This document shows, piece by piece, positions 50,981 to 63,869 of a stretch of DNA of 64,000 nt. Position numbers and translations under genes: made by a program. Position 1 is the stretch's first letter. Every line of letters begins with the position of its first letter. The stretch comes from Lama glama (lineage: Eukaryota), in the NCBI GenBank assembly GCA_028534125.1, contig CM052818.1, positions 36,334,001 to 36,398,000 on the forward strand, read 5' to 3'. The notes below the pieces were generated by a model. The model searched no databases. It was not told where the DNA came from and was given only the letters and a program-made list of their open reading frames with translations.

Positions 50981-51794
50981 GTGAGAAGACAGAACTCATC
51001 CATTGTTTTTTGATGAATTATTTGATGTTAGTCAGGACTGTTATTAATGCTAGTTTTCTTCAATTGTAAAGCCACCGGTCTAGAAATACCTATAAATTGT
51101 ATTAAGCTTATTTTATAATTTTTGTGTGTAATTCTACTTTCTCTAAATATGCCAAAAAATATATTTGCTTTCTAAAAATATGTAGATTTTAATAGAAACT
51201 ATTATTACTAAAACAATAAGGATTTTGATAGGTCTTGAATGTGCATATATGTTTACAGTCCTGAAAATTTAAATAAAAACATATGGTTAGAACTGTATTT
51301 TACTTCAAAATAAGATGAAATCTCTACTTTCTTCCCCCCTTTCTTAAATTATTAAATACTCTACTTGAATTGGTACACTAAAATGTAATAAAATCTAAAC
51401 TAATTTTTAAAGATATTTTTTCATCTGCTTGTTTTCATCTTAAATTTGCTTTGTGTGTGTTTTAATATGTATTAGGAAAAGTTTTACTCACTTACCAAGG
51501 TAAATGGTAGTAGTTTAATGTAGATAGGATAGGTGTACACACACTTAGAAAAAGATTTAATTTTGAGCTCAGAATCTTTAGCTTTCTTTTTTCTCCGAAG
51601 TCTTTGATGTAGGTAGGTACTGATGATGTGCCAACTGCAAACAAAAGTAAAAGGGAAATCCTTTTTGACAATGTTTTGATTTTCTAAGTGTAGGTAAATT
51701 CTGGATACTGTTAGTCTTTAATGAAATAATCTTTGAGGTTATATAGACTTTGACAGGCATTGTACATTTACTAGTCTCTGAAGAGTTTATACCT

Positions 51795-51965
51795 TTTTTT
51801 ATTTAAAAAAAATTTTGGGGGTAATTAGGTTTGTTTGTTTAAAATTAGATTTATTTATTTTTAATTAGGTTTGTTTGTTTGTTTGTTTATTGGAGGTACT
51901 GGGAATTGAACCCACAATGTTATGCATGCTAAACATGCACTCTTCCGCTGAACTATGCCCTCCCC
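51795..51965 (-). mobile_element. Camelid SINE
   Basis: Reverse-complement head ending ctatgccctcccc; body with repeated aattaggtttgttt units. Confidence 0.85.
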
Positions 51966-53259
51966 TGTACCTATTTTAATATGTACTACTTAAAGATTTT
52001 TATTTTGCATTGTCTGGGAGCTAAGTAGAAAAATATGTGAAACATAGTCTGTTGATTTTTTTTTTCCACTTTCCTGATCTCATTCATCTGTGAGATGACT
52101 CACATCCAGATCACCATAATGATGTTACTTAAAATGAGTACTGCCCTTTAATTACACTCCTAGACTTGATCTACCTGTTGTAATCTGTATCCTGTATTTA
52201 TTAGGCGAGTGAATCAGACTTCTTTTTCTAGGTAAATGTTTCTAAAAAATGTTGTTTTCATTTTAAAGTTTGATCTTTAACTGTAAGATAATTTTAACTG
52301 TTTAATTCAAGTATGAGTATATAATACAATAAATTTTCCACATCTTGTTCACTCAGAAGGCTTTTATGTAAATTAATCTTAATCTTGTCTTTCATATGAA
52401 AAGGCCTTAAAACTTTTTTCACGGGAGAGAGGTAGTGTTCCTTCTGGTTGGGTACCCTAGAGTTTGATAGTCCTTTATTTAAAAACTATTAAGTACATTT
52501 TGAATTAAAAGCTTAAGAGATACTGAATACTGATAAAATTTACTGTTTCTGTTTTGGTAGAAGAATTATTTTTTTACAGTTCACACAGTTTAAAAAGTTT
52601 TTTGAGTTAAACTTTCATCCAGGGATGTGATTGAGCTACACTGTTAGAATTTTTTAGTGTTTCTGATGATCTAAAAAAGAAAGTACCATTTGACCTAATT
52701 AGATTCAACAAAATTAAATGTTAGGGAAACTTGTAGTTAAAAATATTTTAGATTTTGAGATAGTATAAATACAAAAATCAGGATTTATTTGAAGGCTTGT
52801 GTTCATTTTTATGTTATGAATTTAAGAATCCTGATTCTTTTATTTTAGTAATCTGAAGTCCTAAATGAGCATCTAAGGTAAAATGAAGCTCTTTCACAAA
52901 AATGATTTGTTATAAATACAATTCGTTCAGAGGAAAATTGAATATAGATAATAATTAGTACTAGCTATGAAAAAGAGTGAACCCTGAAGCACTTTGTTAA
53001 CAACCACTAAATTCTTTACAGATTGTTGAAATAACTTTTCTTTTTAGAGATAAATAATTGGATGAAGATAGAGGTTAAAATGGAACTAGAACTTTAAAAT
53101 CTTTATAAATGATTTGAGATAGATTATGAGTTTTCTTTGGGGAGATATCTGGGTTTGTATATTTAAAGACCCACATTTATCAACATAATTATGATTGATA
53201 ATTTTTGGGAAAATGAGGATTTTCTTGGTCAAAATCCTTACTGTATTACATCTTTTCTT

Positions 53260-53408
53260 CTTTTTAAAAACTTTTTTGTTTATTTATTTTTTTGGTGGGA
53301 GCTCATTAGATTTATCTATTATTTTTCATGGACATACCGGGGATTGAACCCAGGACCTTGTGCATGCTAAGCATGCATTGTACCACTGAGCTATACCCTC
53401 CTCCTCCC
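53260..53408 (-). mobile_element. Camelid SINE
   Basis: Reverse-complement head; TSD acatcttttctt at 53248-53259 and 53409-53420. Confidence 0.88.
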
Positions 53409-53572
53409 ACATCTTTTCTTTTTTTTTTTTATCTTATATGTAGGGATTCACAAATATACCTGCTAACCTAGATAGATGTTGTAGCTTACAAATATTTTAG
53501 TACAGAATCTCATTTTATTGTCTTGTCAGCTGACATTTATTTAGCCACTAGACATTTATTAAACTTGGAGAC

Positions 53573-53620
53573 TGTGTGTGAGTGTATGTGTGTGTGTGTG
53601 TGTGTGTATGTGTGTGTGTG
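53573..53620. repeat. Interrupted (TG)n microsatellite
   Basis: Read directly. Confidence 0.95.
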
Positions 53621-53838
53621 GGGTTGCGGGAGACAACATGAAGAATGTGCATACATTTGATACCTTTAGAATAATAGAAAGGCCTACTCTAAGATACAGA
53701 CAATATTTAATCTTTGAAAAGACTGAACTATGCACTAAAATTTGTGGAAGTTTTGTTTTGTGGTCGGATGATGAGACAGTAGTGAGATGAGGCAGAACTG
53801 TAATCATCACTGCTGATGTACATTAGAATTGAAGACTG

Positions 53839-54039
53839 GGGGGAGGGTATAGCTCAAGTGGTAAAGTGCATGCTTTGCATGCATGAGGTCCTGGGTTCTA
53901 TCCATATTATCTCCTCTAAAAATAAATAAACCTAATTACCTCTCCCCCCGCCACTGCCAAAACAAAATAATTAAATAATACATTAATAAATAAATAAAAT
54001 ATAAAAAATAGAATGTTTAAAAAAAAGTTTTGAAAAAAA
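53839..54039 (+). mobile_element. Camelid SINE (long form)
   Basis: Head, body and long A-rich tail; TSD aattgaag(a/g)ctg at 53827-53838 and 54040-54051. Confidence 0.88.
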
Positions 54040-54421
54040 AATTGAAGGCTGACAGTGGTTACAGTCCTTCCAAATGGATGCTTTGCTGAATTGAGATTTA
54101 AAATCCTCATAAATCATTGAATGCCTTGAGTTTATGTGGGAAAGGAAGAATAAGTAATGATTTTTGGAATTGCATTGGTAATGTGCTCCACATAATTAAA
54201 GATTTAGAAAATTTTAATATCATAATTATCTAATGCAAAGTGATACTGTCTCCATTTAAAATTTTTAGGATACAGAGATTAGGGAAAATATTCCCCAACT
54301 ACTTCCTCTTCTTAAAAATAAAGGAGACTTAAAAAAAAAATAAAGGAGACTTTATAATCATAAAGGACTTATTGGAGGATTCAGTTAAGCAGTGAACCCA
54401 CCTGGTTACTTTTAAAAAATT

Positions 54422-54459
54422 TGTCTGTCTGTCTGTCTGTCTCTCTATCTATCTATCTA
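54422..54459. repeat. Compound (TGTC)n(TATC)n tetranucleotide repeat
   Basis: Read directly. Confidence 0.9.
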
Positions 54460-55102
54460 AAGAGCAAGCAAGAGAGCAATTTATTTTATTTATATAAAAA
54501 GACCAATAGCAGCAACAGCTTTACCAAGTCCAACTGGTTACATTTTAAGTGATTACTTTTTGGGAACATTGATTCAAGAGTCTTTTTAGGTACATATATT
54601 ATTGTATAGGCAGACCATAAAATCCCAGTATTCTCTCTTTACATACCCAATGTTTCATATTCTGTCTCCTGTTTTTTCTTTCTCCTTTTTATGAAGAGAA
54701 ATGATAATGGTAAAATGGTGACAATAATCTGTGATTGCAAGGTAATTGGATTGACTGATAACAAGTTTCTTTCCTCCCCTACCTTAGTACAGATCTTTCA
54801 TTAGCAATGAAATAAAAACCAAGTAAGCACTATCTTCTTCAGAGGAAGAAAAATTTGTTATTGTACTTTTTTTCCCAGTGATGTTGCCATTGTTCAGAAA
54901 AGTTTTAGTTTTTTTTTTTTGTAGAATGATTTTAGGGCTAGTATCTTATTCTGTTGAGTAATTTTAAGTATGTAAAATTCCAACCATTTAGTCTTGTGTA
55001 CACCTAAAATTCATTTTGGAGCCAAACTTACGATTAACTGATTAAACTGAGCTAATGTTATGTTGGGTCCAAAGCCAAAGTATATTTATGGCTTTTCAAT
55101 GT

Positions 55103-55437
55103 GTTTTTTGTTTGTTTATTTGTCTTAATTTTGTTGGAGGGAAAGTAATTGAGTTTATTAATTTATTACTTTTAATGGCGGTAATGAGGATTGAACCCAG
55201 GACCTTGTGCAGGCGAGGCATGTTGTCTACCACTGAGCCATACCCTCCCTTCATCTAATTGGTTTTAAGTGGATTTTGAAAGTGCTTTTAGAGAATCCCA
55301 TATGTATAATCATCTAAGGAGTGACCTGTTAATACGTCAATTTATTTATTAATTTTTTTAAGGAAAGTACTGTGGATTAAACCCAGGACCTCCTGCATGC
55401 TAGGGATGTGCTCTGTCACTGACCTATACCCACCCCC
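55103..55437 (-). mobile_element. Two adjacent camelid SINEs (about 55103-55250 and 55341-55437)
   Basis: Both contain the reverse-complement B box (gattgaacccaggacc / gattaaacccaggacc) and A-box ends; the second has a taatac(g/a)tca TSD. Confidence 0.82.
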
Positions 55438-56567
55438 TAATACATCAGCTTTATTACGTTAGATTCAAACTGATATACCAGGAGGATCGTGTATTTGCAT
55501 ATAAGGTGCTAAAAATGAAATACTTTGCAAGAGGTAGTATAACAAGATAGTCAGGTTGTTTTCTGGAAAAAGGAAGACTGGACTTCTTTATTTTTGTGTT
55601 TTTGATAGTCTGAAAGCATGTAATAGTTTTTGCTCATATCCTTTAGTCATCATTTCTGACTTTTTTTCGGTAGTGGCATTTATAATTAATATTTATAATA
55701 TTTAACATTCATAATTTAACATGAAGTTAAAATGTTAGAATATTTTAGTTAAAAATTTTTTGTGCAAATCACATAGAAGATAGTCATATATGTTTACTAT
55801 TTTTTGAATGTCCTCTCTCCTCCCTTTTTTTAATCTTTGAAAATAATAATTATTGGATATTTAAAAAATATCCTAGTAAGTTTACATGGACAGCCCTTTT
55901 GTTATTTAAAAATTTAGTTTTTGTTTTTGAATTTCTAATTATAGGAAGGTGTACTGTGACTTTTTTCGTTAAGTCTTCACATTCTGATGACCCTTTAAGT
56001 ATCCTTCTAGTAACTTAACATTTCTGTTCCTCCACCAGAAGGGAGAATTGTACAGTGAGAAATTAGCTAAGTTTTCATTTGTCAGTTTAAAATGTGTAAT
56101 AAAATACTTTGAAAAAAATATTAAATGGTATTGGTGTTCAAGTACTTTTATCTTCTTACAATTTATTATTTAAATAAATTTGTCATTGTTTGAATTTTAT
56201 GTTGTTAATGAAAACCAATAGTAAATGTCTGTGACCATTGTTACTTATGATATCAGTTAACTTTATGATACATATTAAGCTTAAGCATTTTTGTTGGATT
56301 TTAAATTATAGAGTTGAAGATGGAGTAAGTTCAGTTTGTAATCTATTATTAAAGCTTTTCTTGAAGTAATGAAATGACTCTTAGCTAATGTATTATATTA
56401 ATTGGTATATTATCAAACTTAGGGTTAAAAATGTTGTCTTTACTCTTAAAAAAGTAATATTATATTACTAACACTTTAAAGATTAAAATAGTTCCACCAG
56501 TATTGCATTTCTTGCTTCTTTAAATGAATGTTGATGTGTTTGCATATTAAATATAATTGTGTTCTAG

Positions 56568-56617
56568 GTTAACTTCTCAGCCTGGTGCTACATTACCAAA
56601 CGGACATAGTAGCTTAT
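56568..56617 (+). CDS. ATAD2B: ATAD2B exon 3 (50 nt)
   Basis: gttctAG acceptor, donor GTGAGT. Encodes (R)LTSQPGATLPNGHSSL(S); phases join exon 2 to exon 4. Confidence 0.92.
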
Positions 56618-56953
56618 GTGAGTATTCTGTTATGAAACTGGTTAGTACTGAAATTCTTACATTGTTAGAACTGTTAAGGTGGGGTAAAATAGAGAGATTT
56701 ACTGGTATGCTCAGCATACAGTTGGAAATGACTGGATGTCAGTCCTAATAAATATGTATATAATTGTTAAACGTTGAGAAATTGGTACAACTGAAATAAT
56801 TTAAATTATTATGACAGATTGTAAACAGTTATGGATATTAACGTCATTTGAGTTTATAGTAAACTTTTAATAATCTTTTAAAAGTAATTTTTGATTTTTT
56901 CCTTTCTTTTTATACCTTGTACTTTGAAATGGAAATCTTTCTCTTCTTTGTAG

Positions 56954-57107
56954 CTCTTCGAAGCCATCCCCTTCGAGGGGAAAAGAAGGGAGATGGGGAC
57001 CTTTCTTGTATAAATGGTGACATGGAAGTCAGAAAAAGTTGTCGTTCCAGGAAAAACAGATTTGAAAGCGTGAACCAGAGTTTGTTATTTGACCAACTAG
57101 TAAATAG
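56954..57107 (+). CDS. ATAD2B: ATAD2B exon 4 (154 nt)
   Basis: ttctttgtAG acceptor, donor AG|GTATGA. Encodes (S)LRSHPLRGEKKGDGDLSCINGDMEVRKSCRSRKNRFESVNQSLLFDQLVN(S). Confidence 0.95.
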
Positions 57108-58228
57108 GTATGAATGCTTTTGCAGTAAGCAGTCACATGTAATTGTTGGTTTTTAAAACCACTTATGTTTTAAAAAATAACTGAGCACTGACTTAGCAAT
57201 CAATACAGTTGTTTTAAAAATTAATTCAAATTAACATGGTTATCAATGATTGTCAATTTCTAATTACTTTGCTAGATTTAATACAGTTTGTGTGATAGCT
57301 AAAATTTTGTCATCCTTTTAAGCTCTTTTGCATAGTTAGATAATATAAAGGTAATTTTATTCTGTCTTCACTACTGTAGTTCTTTAGTACTTGTTCATTT
57401 AACATTTGTGTTTTTGACAATTTTCAAGCAACATTAGGTTCCTTATGGATACATAGTAAGTACAGTGTTGCTTAGTCAGCATTCTAAATTGAAAGTCTTT
57501 TGAGACTGCAAATGTTGAATGTACCTAGTGAATGATCCTAGTTGACTGCTCAGCATCTACATGCAGTGAAGCTTTATTCTTCTCAGATAGTAAATACATC
57601 ATCCTACTTAATCCTTGCAATGGCCTGGAGAAGGGAGGTCAATATAATCCCTATTTGAAAGGAAGTGAAATTATATTCTATAGAGATAGTTTCAAATTTG
57701 AGTGTTAATTATTATTTGTTAAGGACTTAGATCAGTATATGGACGCATAGTAAGTGATATGTATGTGTTTAAAAGGTAAAATGCGCTAATGTCAGCATGT
57801 ATTTCGTTGATGTCAGTGTCATCTAATTTCCAGAAGTATCTGTTAACCTTATATTGGCTTTAAACTTTTTACAATTTCTTTATTCTTTACAATTTTAACA
57901 TCACCTTCAAATAAAAAGATTGAATTAGTTTTTTTTTTCCGTTGGATTTGGTGATCAATTATTTGTAGTGTTTTATGGATTTAAATATCTGGAGACTTAT
58001 AAACAAAAGTCTTCTATTTTATAAATTTTACTTTAATAAATATGTTAAGGTAGAAGATGTTCTCTTTCCATCTTTTGGGGGGGCATTATCTTCTGATGGA
58101 TGCCAGTTCTGAAGGAGATATTAGTTGGGATGCTTTGTAGAGCTGAGATGATGTAATTAATGCTTTGATGAAGAGCTCTTTTACGTGTGACCCCACTTGC
58201 CTAAACCATAGTTTTATTATAATTGTAG

Positions 58229-58331
58229 TACTGCCGAAGCTGTACTGCAGGAAATGGACAACATTAATATCAGAAGGAATCGGCGATCAGGAGAAGTAGA
58301 ACGACTTCGGATGTGGACAGACACAGAATTT
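58229..58331 (+). CDS. ATAD2B: ATAD2B exon 5 (103 nt)
   Basis: attgtAG acceptor, donor GTGAGT. Encodes (S)TAEAVLQEMDNINIRRNRRSGEVERLRMWTDTEF; the LVNSTAEAVLQEMD motif is typical of ATAD2-family N-termini. Confidence 0.95.
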
Positions 58332-59175
58332 GTGAGTATAGTAACTTTAACAACCTTTGCAAGTAATTTTTGTTTTGATTGAGGACTTTAAAGAGAGATA
58401 GAGTAGCATTTGGATTTTCTTCAATTAATGGAGCTGTTCCTTCTTCATTTCTACCTTAATCTGAGGCTTTATGTCTTTTTTTCCATACCTTATTTGCCAC
58501 AACCTTCCCCAAAAAACACTCTATACTTTTGCCAGAAGAGTCATCTTAAAGGACAGCTCTGATTCTGTCAACTTTTCTGATCTGAGCCTTTATGGTTTTT
58601 TAATATGTACTGAATTAATTAAAAACACCTTGACCTTCACAATCTGGTTTTAGCTTTATTTCTTACAAACCATTGCCCAAATAAAAGCAGATCATTCTTA
58701 TTTTCCTATCTTACTCCTGTTAATACTTCTGGTTAGGGACCGATGCAGTGCTACTTTTGTTTCAAGGCTCATTTCAAATGCTGCCTGCTCCCTCCACCCT
58801 GCCCCCAATGTACTCAGAAAGAGGAGGGTCATCTTTTTGAATTCTAAAGTATTTTGTACCTTTCTTTATGACATTAAACTTGTTTTACTTTCTTTTATAG
58901 TTACCTGTATTTCATCCTACTCGGCTATAATTTGCTTAAGGGAGAAAGTATGTTCATGGCATTGTAGTTTTAAATTTTCAAATATTTTATAAGTTTTAGT
59001 TTTCCTCATGTTTCTCACATTTAGTGAATTCAGAAAGCTCCATTTTCATGAATCTGTGCCTTGCAAATAGGTGCTCAATACATTCTATTGAGTCGGCATG
59101 TCCCATTGGGCTAATGATATTTATAGCTGGGAATGAATTTCATGTTAATATTTGATAGATTTCTCTCTTTAAAAG

Positions 59176-59284
59176 GAAAACATGGATATGTATTCAAGAG
59201 TGAAAAGGCGAAGAAAGTCACTGAGAAGAAATAGTTATGGTATACAAAATCATCATGAAGTCTCTACTGAGGGTGAAGAAGAAG
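59176..59284 (+). CDS. ATAD2B: ATAD2B exon 6 (109 nt)
   Basis: ctctctttaaaAG acceptor, donor AAG|GTTTGT. Encodes ENMDMYSRVKRRRKSLRRNSYGIQNHHEVSTEGEEE, including a basic NLS-like KRRRK. Confidence 0.93.
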
Positions 59285-60575
59285 GTTTGTAAAGCACTTT
59301 ATGAAATAAATACTACAGAGTTGAGGTGGGAGTGAAGAAAAATATATACAAGTAATATATGTGTAATAGTGCTGGATGGGTGATATTTGCCTTTAAAGGC
59401 CTTTATTGTATAATTTGAAATAATTTTTATTCCATTGGTATTTCTGAGTTTTCATAGCCTTCATTTGGAAAAATGCCTTTACTGTACACTATGCATTGTT
59501 ACATCATGTACTTATTGGTAGCTATTGGTAGTCCTTAAGTGACCTAATCAGGTGCAGTATTTGCCAAGGGCTGATTTGCTTGTGAGGTGAGGCCTCTTTT
59601 GTATTTAGGTATCTTCTAACTAAAAGTCTCTGTCCATAGTCAACCTTCCACCCATAGCCTCTGAATCTCTGATTATTTGGGTCTCAAATTTAGTTATGGA
59701 CTGAAGAGGAGTATATGGTGAAGGAGAAACTGCTGATACTAGTGGACGTTGTATGGCTCTTTTCTGAGGCCTGGTTTGGGGTTTGAATCAGAGAAGTGTG
59801 ACTGAATTTGTCAGGCTGGAGCTGGGAACAGATGAATGCACATTTGCCCCAAGGATTATAAATTGATGAACAGTACATCTATAGGATTTAATTCTGTAGA
59901 TATTAACCTTCATTAAAATGGATTCTCAGAAGATTTGGTGTATAGTAAATGCAAGGTAGTGGTATTTTACCAAGAAATGTTATTGGCTCCTACTATTTCT
60001 GTATCTTAGATGAAAAATGGATTTATTTCTCAAATTCTGTAATTAATATATTATTAGCAAGTTTTGAAGAGCTGATATTTTCTAATGAAGATGCTTTTTT
60101 GAGCAAATATTGTTGTTGTTACAGCTAGAACCTCTATATTGCTTCCTTTGGAGAAAATCAGTATAGGTGAGACAGATTATAATGTCATCTTTGCCTTTCC
60201 ATTAATTGAACACCTTTGTAGAGTTCCCAAAGTAGATTTGCCATGCATAGGATTTCTTCCCATAATAGCATGTTATTATGCAGACTTATTCCAAAAAGTA
60301 ATTTTTTGAAGGTTTAAGGAAACTTATTTGTGTATAAGTAACTTATAGTGTTACTTAGTTAAGTAATACTATATTTGCAGATTTTCTCTACAACCTAATG
60401 ATAAACATTTTTATAAACTTAAAATAAGCTTTCAGATGTTGTAAGTAAAATGTAAATTCCTTTGCATTTTTAGTCTCCTACTTCATTCAGCAGCGCTGAC
60501 AAGTTTTAGATTTTTTCCTGTGCCTTAATGTGATTGTGTTACATTGACAATTCTTGTGGTTAAAAAGTTAATCAT

Positions 60576-60645
60576 AAAATACAGTATTTGGGGAACATAA
60601 GCCTATACATAAAATATAGTATTTGGGGAACATAAGCCTATACAT
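60576..60645. repeat. 35-bp tandem duplication (1 mismatch)
   Basis: aaaata(c/t)agtatttggggaacataagcctatacat at 60576-60610 and 60611-60645. Confidence 0.95.
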
Positions 60646-61405
60646 TTTCATCAGACTTTTAAACTGTAAATAGATATCACATCATAGCTATAGTCAAACC
60701 ACTTTTTAAAAATAAGCTTTTAGGATTCATGTATATTATAATTTTTTTTAAGTGTATAGCTAGGTGAATTATCATAAAGCAATTACTCATTTCAAGAAAT
60801 AAACTATTATCATTACCCCAGAAATCTGTTTTATGCTTTCTCCCAATCTTTGCCTAAATTTTTCTACTAAAACTTAACTAATCCATGTTTACCTGTTGTC
60901 AACAGGCCATATACTGTCAACAAAAATTGCTCTTGCTGTAACATTAGTAATTATCTTTTAAGCATTTTTTTTTAAAAAACTATCAAGTAGTATTGTGAAT
61001 GCCAGCCTTATTCAGTAGTTAACTGGGCATTGAATGAAGTTTGCTTCATTGTTGTAGTAAAGTTTTGTACTAGAAATTGTAGTAAAATTTTGAATCATCC
61101 TGTGTTACTGTTCTGTATGACCAGAGAGGTTGAAAGGTCATAGGTAAATCAAGAGCTTTGATATGATAATATGGATTTATTTAGCTAAGAACTTTGTTGA
61201 TTATTTTTAGGAAAGACATCTAAATTGCTTTTTAATTGTATTGATTTATGCTGTGTCATACATTGTTGACACTTAAATGTTACCTGTGAAGAAAGAATAA
61301 AAGGTAAAATATAAATATTTAGTTCTAGAGTGGACCAATCCTTGTGGATGTTAAAACAGTGTTTTTTTTTGGTTTGTTTGTTTTTCTTTGTGCATGGGAA
61401 ACTAG

Positions 61406-61522
61406 AATCTCAAGAGGAGGATGGCGATATAGAGGTTGAAGAGGCAGAAGGAGAAGAAAATGATAGACCATATAATTTGAGACAAAGAAAAACAGTGGAT
61501 CGGTACCAAGCACCTCCAATAG
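61406..61522 (+). CDS. ATAD2B: ATAD2B exon 7 (117 nt), acidic region
   Basis: actAG acceptor, donor TAG|GTAAAA. Encodes (E)SQEEDGDIEVEEAEGEENDRPYNLRQRKTVDRYQAPPI. Confidence 0.94.
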
Positions 61523-62069
61523 GTAAAAGTGTCTAGTTAACTTCTTTCCTTTTTGTAGTAGAGTAGCTTATTCTGCTCAACCTCTTAGAAAAATTAGTGT
61601 TGCTGAATTTAAAAGAATGAAATCTCTTATAGGTTTCATCTTTTATTATATTTACTTCTATTCACACATGCAACTGAAAGTTGAAGGAAATAGTTGCAAT
61701 GTAGAATTACATAGAACGTGTACATTTTATTTAAAGAACCTTACATTTAATAATAAATACTTTTGATCCTTTTGTGTTACAGTTTATTCAGTACTTTCAT
61801 TTACAGCAGCAGTTCTTTATGGCAAATTTCTCTATGTTCCAAATTGTGAAGTAATTTAGCCAAAGTCACAAAAGTGCAGTTTGCCAATAATGTAGGTGGA
61901 TTTTTTTGTTTCTGTTTTTTTTTTTTTTTTTGAGAAGGAAAATGTTTATCTTAGTGATGTTAAATCTACTGACAAATAATCAGGTCCACAGGTACTATTT
62001 TATTGACTCTCCCTCCCACCACTAGCTTTTGGGAAGTTCCATCACTATTGGTTCCCTCCAATTAAAATA

Positions 62070-63630
62070 AAAAAGTTGAGGGTATAATTCATATACCTTG
62101 AAATTCATTATTTTTGCTGCATTATGCTGATTTTTAATCTGTAAAATTTATTGGTTTTTAGTATATTCACATGGGTGTGCAGTCATTACCACTATCTAAT
62201 TCCGGAATATTTTATTACTTCTGTGAAGTTCCATTCCCCCAGCCCTTGACAACCACTAGTGACTCTGCCTCTATAGATTTGCCTATTTGTGACCTTTCGT
62301 GTCTGGCTTCTTTCACTTTGCATAATGTTTTCAAAGAAGTACCTGTGTCAATTTACTCAAACTCTTATACTGCAGACATTCCTCCAGTTAGGAATCACTG
62401 TCATAGATAGTCCTATTAATAATGAAGGAGCTATGTTAGGGTAAAAGAAAGATTGTGAACCATTTTCCAGTTTTTTTTTTTTTAAGCTTTATTGAGGTAT
62501 AATTTTTTTAAAGCTTTATTGAAGTATATGTAGTCCATTGCCATTGCACGTATTTAATGTATGCAGTTTGGTAAGTTTGAAATACCTTAGGGGTATACCT
62601 ATGAAACTGTCACCACAATCAAGAGAATGAATATGTTCATCACCCCTCCCCCACCAAATTTCATTCTGCCTGTTTGTAACCTACTCTAACCTTCTTGTGC
62701 CTTCCCACTCCTAACCCTCAGGTAGTGACTAATCTAATTGGCTTTCTGCCATCATGGCTTAGTTTACATTTTTCTCAAATTTTATATGAGCATATACTCT
62801 TTTTTGTGTATATTTTCTTTCAGTCATGTAATATTCGAAAGACTCATCCATGTTGTTGAATATTACAACAGTGTGTTCCTTTTTATTGCTAAACAGCATT
62901 CCATTGTATGGGTATATCACAGTTTGTTTATCCATTAATTTGTTGATGCTCATTTGGATTGTTGACATTTCTGGTGTCTAGCTATTACAAATAAAGTTGT
63001 TAGGAACATTTGTATGGAAGTCTTTGAACGTATGTTTTCATTTTTCTTATAAACATCTGGGGATGGAATGGCTGGGTTTTATGATTGAGGTATACGTTTA
63101 AGTTTCTAAGAAATTACCAAACTGTTTTCCAGAGTGATTATACTGCTTTACATTCTCACTAAGAATGTATGAGAGTTCAGTTGCTCTATATTCTTGACAA
63201 CACTTGGTGTGGTTAGTTTTTAAAATTAATTTTAATACATATTTATTGTAGTTTAATTTATATTTCTGTAATGACTAACAACATTGAGCATATTTTTGTC
63301 TGCTGATTTGCCAGCATTACCTCTGGTGAAATAATCAAATCTTTTGTTCGTTTTTTAAATTCACTTGTTTTTATTATTGAAGTTTCGAGAGTGCTGTGTG
63401 TACTCCAGATATCAGTCCTTGTGATTTGCAAATATTTTCTGTCTGTAACTCTTTAAAAAGATTCTCTTAAATGTGTCTTTCAAAGAGAAGAATTTATAAT
63501 TTTGATGTATTTCAGTTTATTAAAATTTTTTTTAATAGATTGTGCTTTTGGTGGTGTATCTAAGAAATCTTTAACTTGAAGATGCAAAGATTTAGTTTAA
63601 CATTTTTTAGAAGGTTTATGTACAACTTGT
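62070..63630 (-). mobile_element. Old L1M 3' end fragments
   Basis: tttattgaggtataatt, cattccattgtatgggtatatcacagtttgtttatcc, ccaaactgttttccagagtg. Confidence 0.8.
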
Positions 63631-63793
63631 AGTTTTTACCACAAAGTTATTATTTTTGTTGTGCTTCTTCTAGACAGCATTTAGAACTTGAAGGTGGATG
63701 ACTAGCTTCTGTTCAGAAGTACTTTATACTTCTTTAATATATCAATTTATCAATTTATTATTAGTTATTTCTATGTTAATTTTTTTCTTTAAG

Positions 63794-63869
63794 TACCAGC
63801 TCATCAAAAAAAGAGGGAAAACACGTTATTTGATATTCACAGATCTCCAGCAAGAAGAAGCCATATCAG
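63794..63869 (+). CDS. ATAD2B: ATAD2B exon 8 (76 nt); gene continues beyond window
   Basis: ttttctttaAG acceptor, donor CAG|GTATGT. Encodes (V)PAHQKKRENTLFDIHRSPARRSHI(R); cumulative CDS is 977 nt. Confidence 0.92.

Noticed and set aside
3804..55437. tRNA-Ala(AGC)-like sequences as genuine tRNA genes
   Set aside because: They have extra 5' G residues, mutated stems, A-rich tails and TSDs, so they are SINE copies.
59560..59860. GA-rich stretch in ATAD2B intron 6 as a possible poison exon
   Set aside because: No convincing acceptor and donor pair was found.
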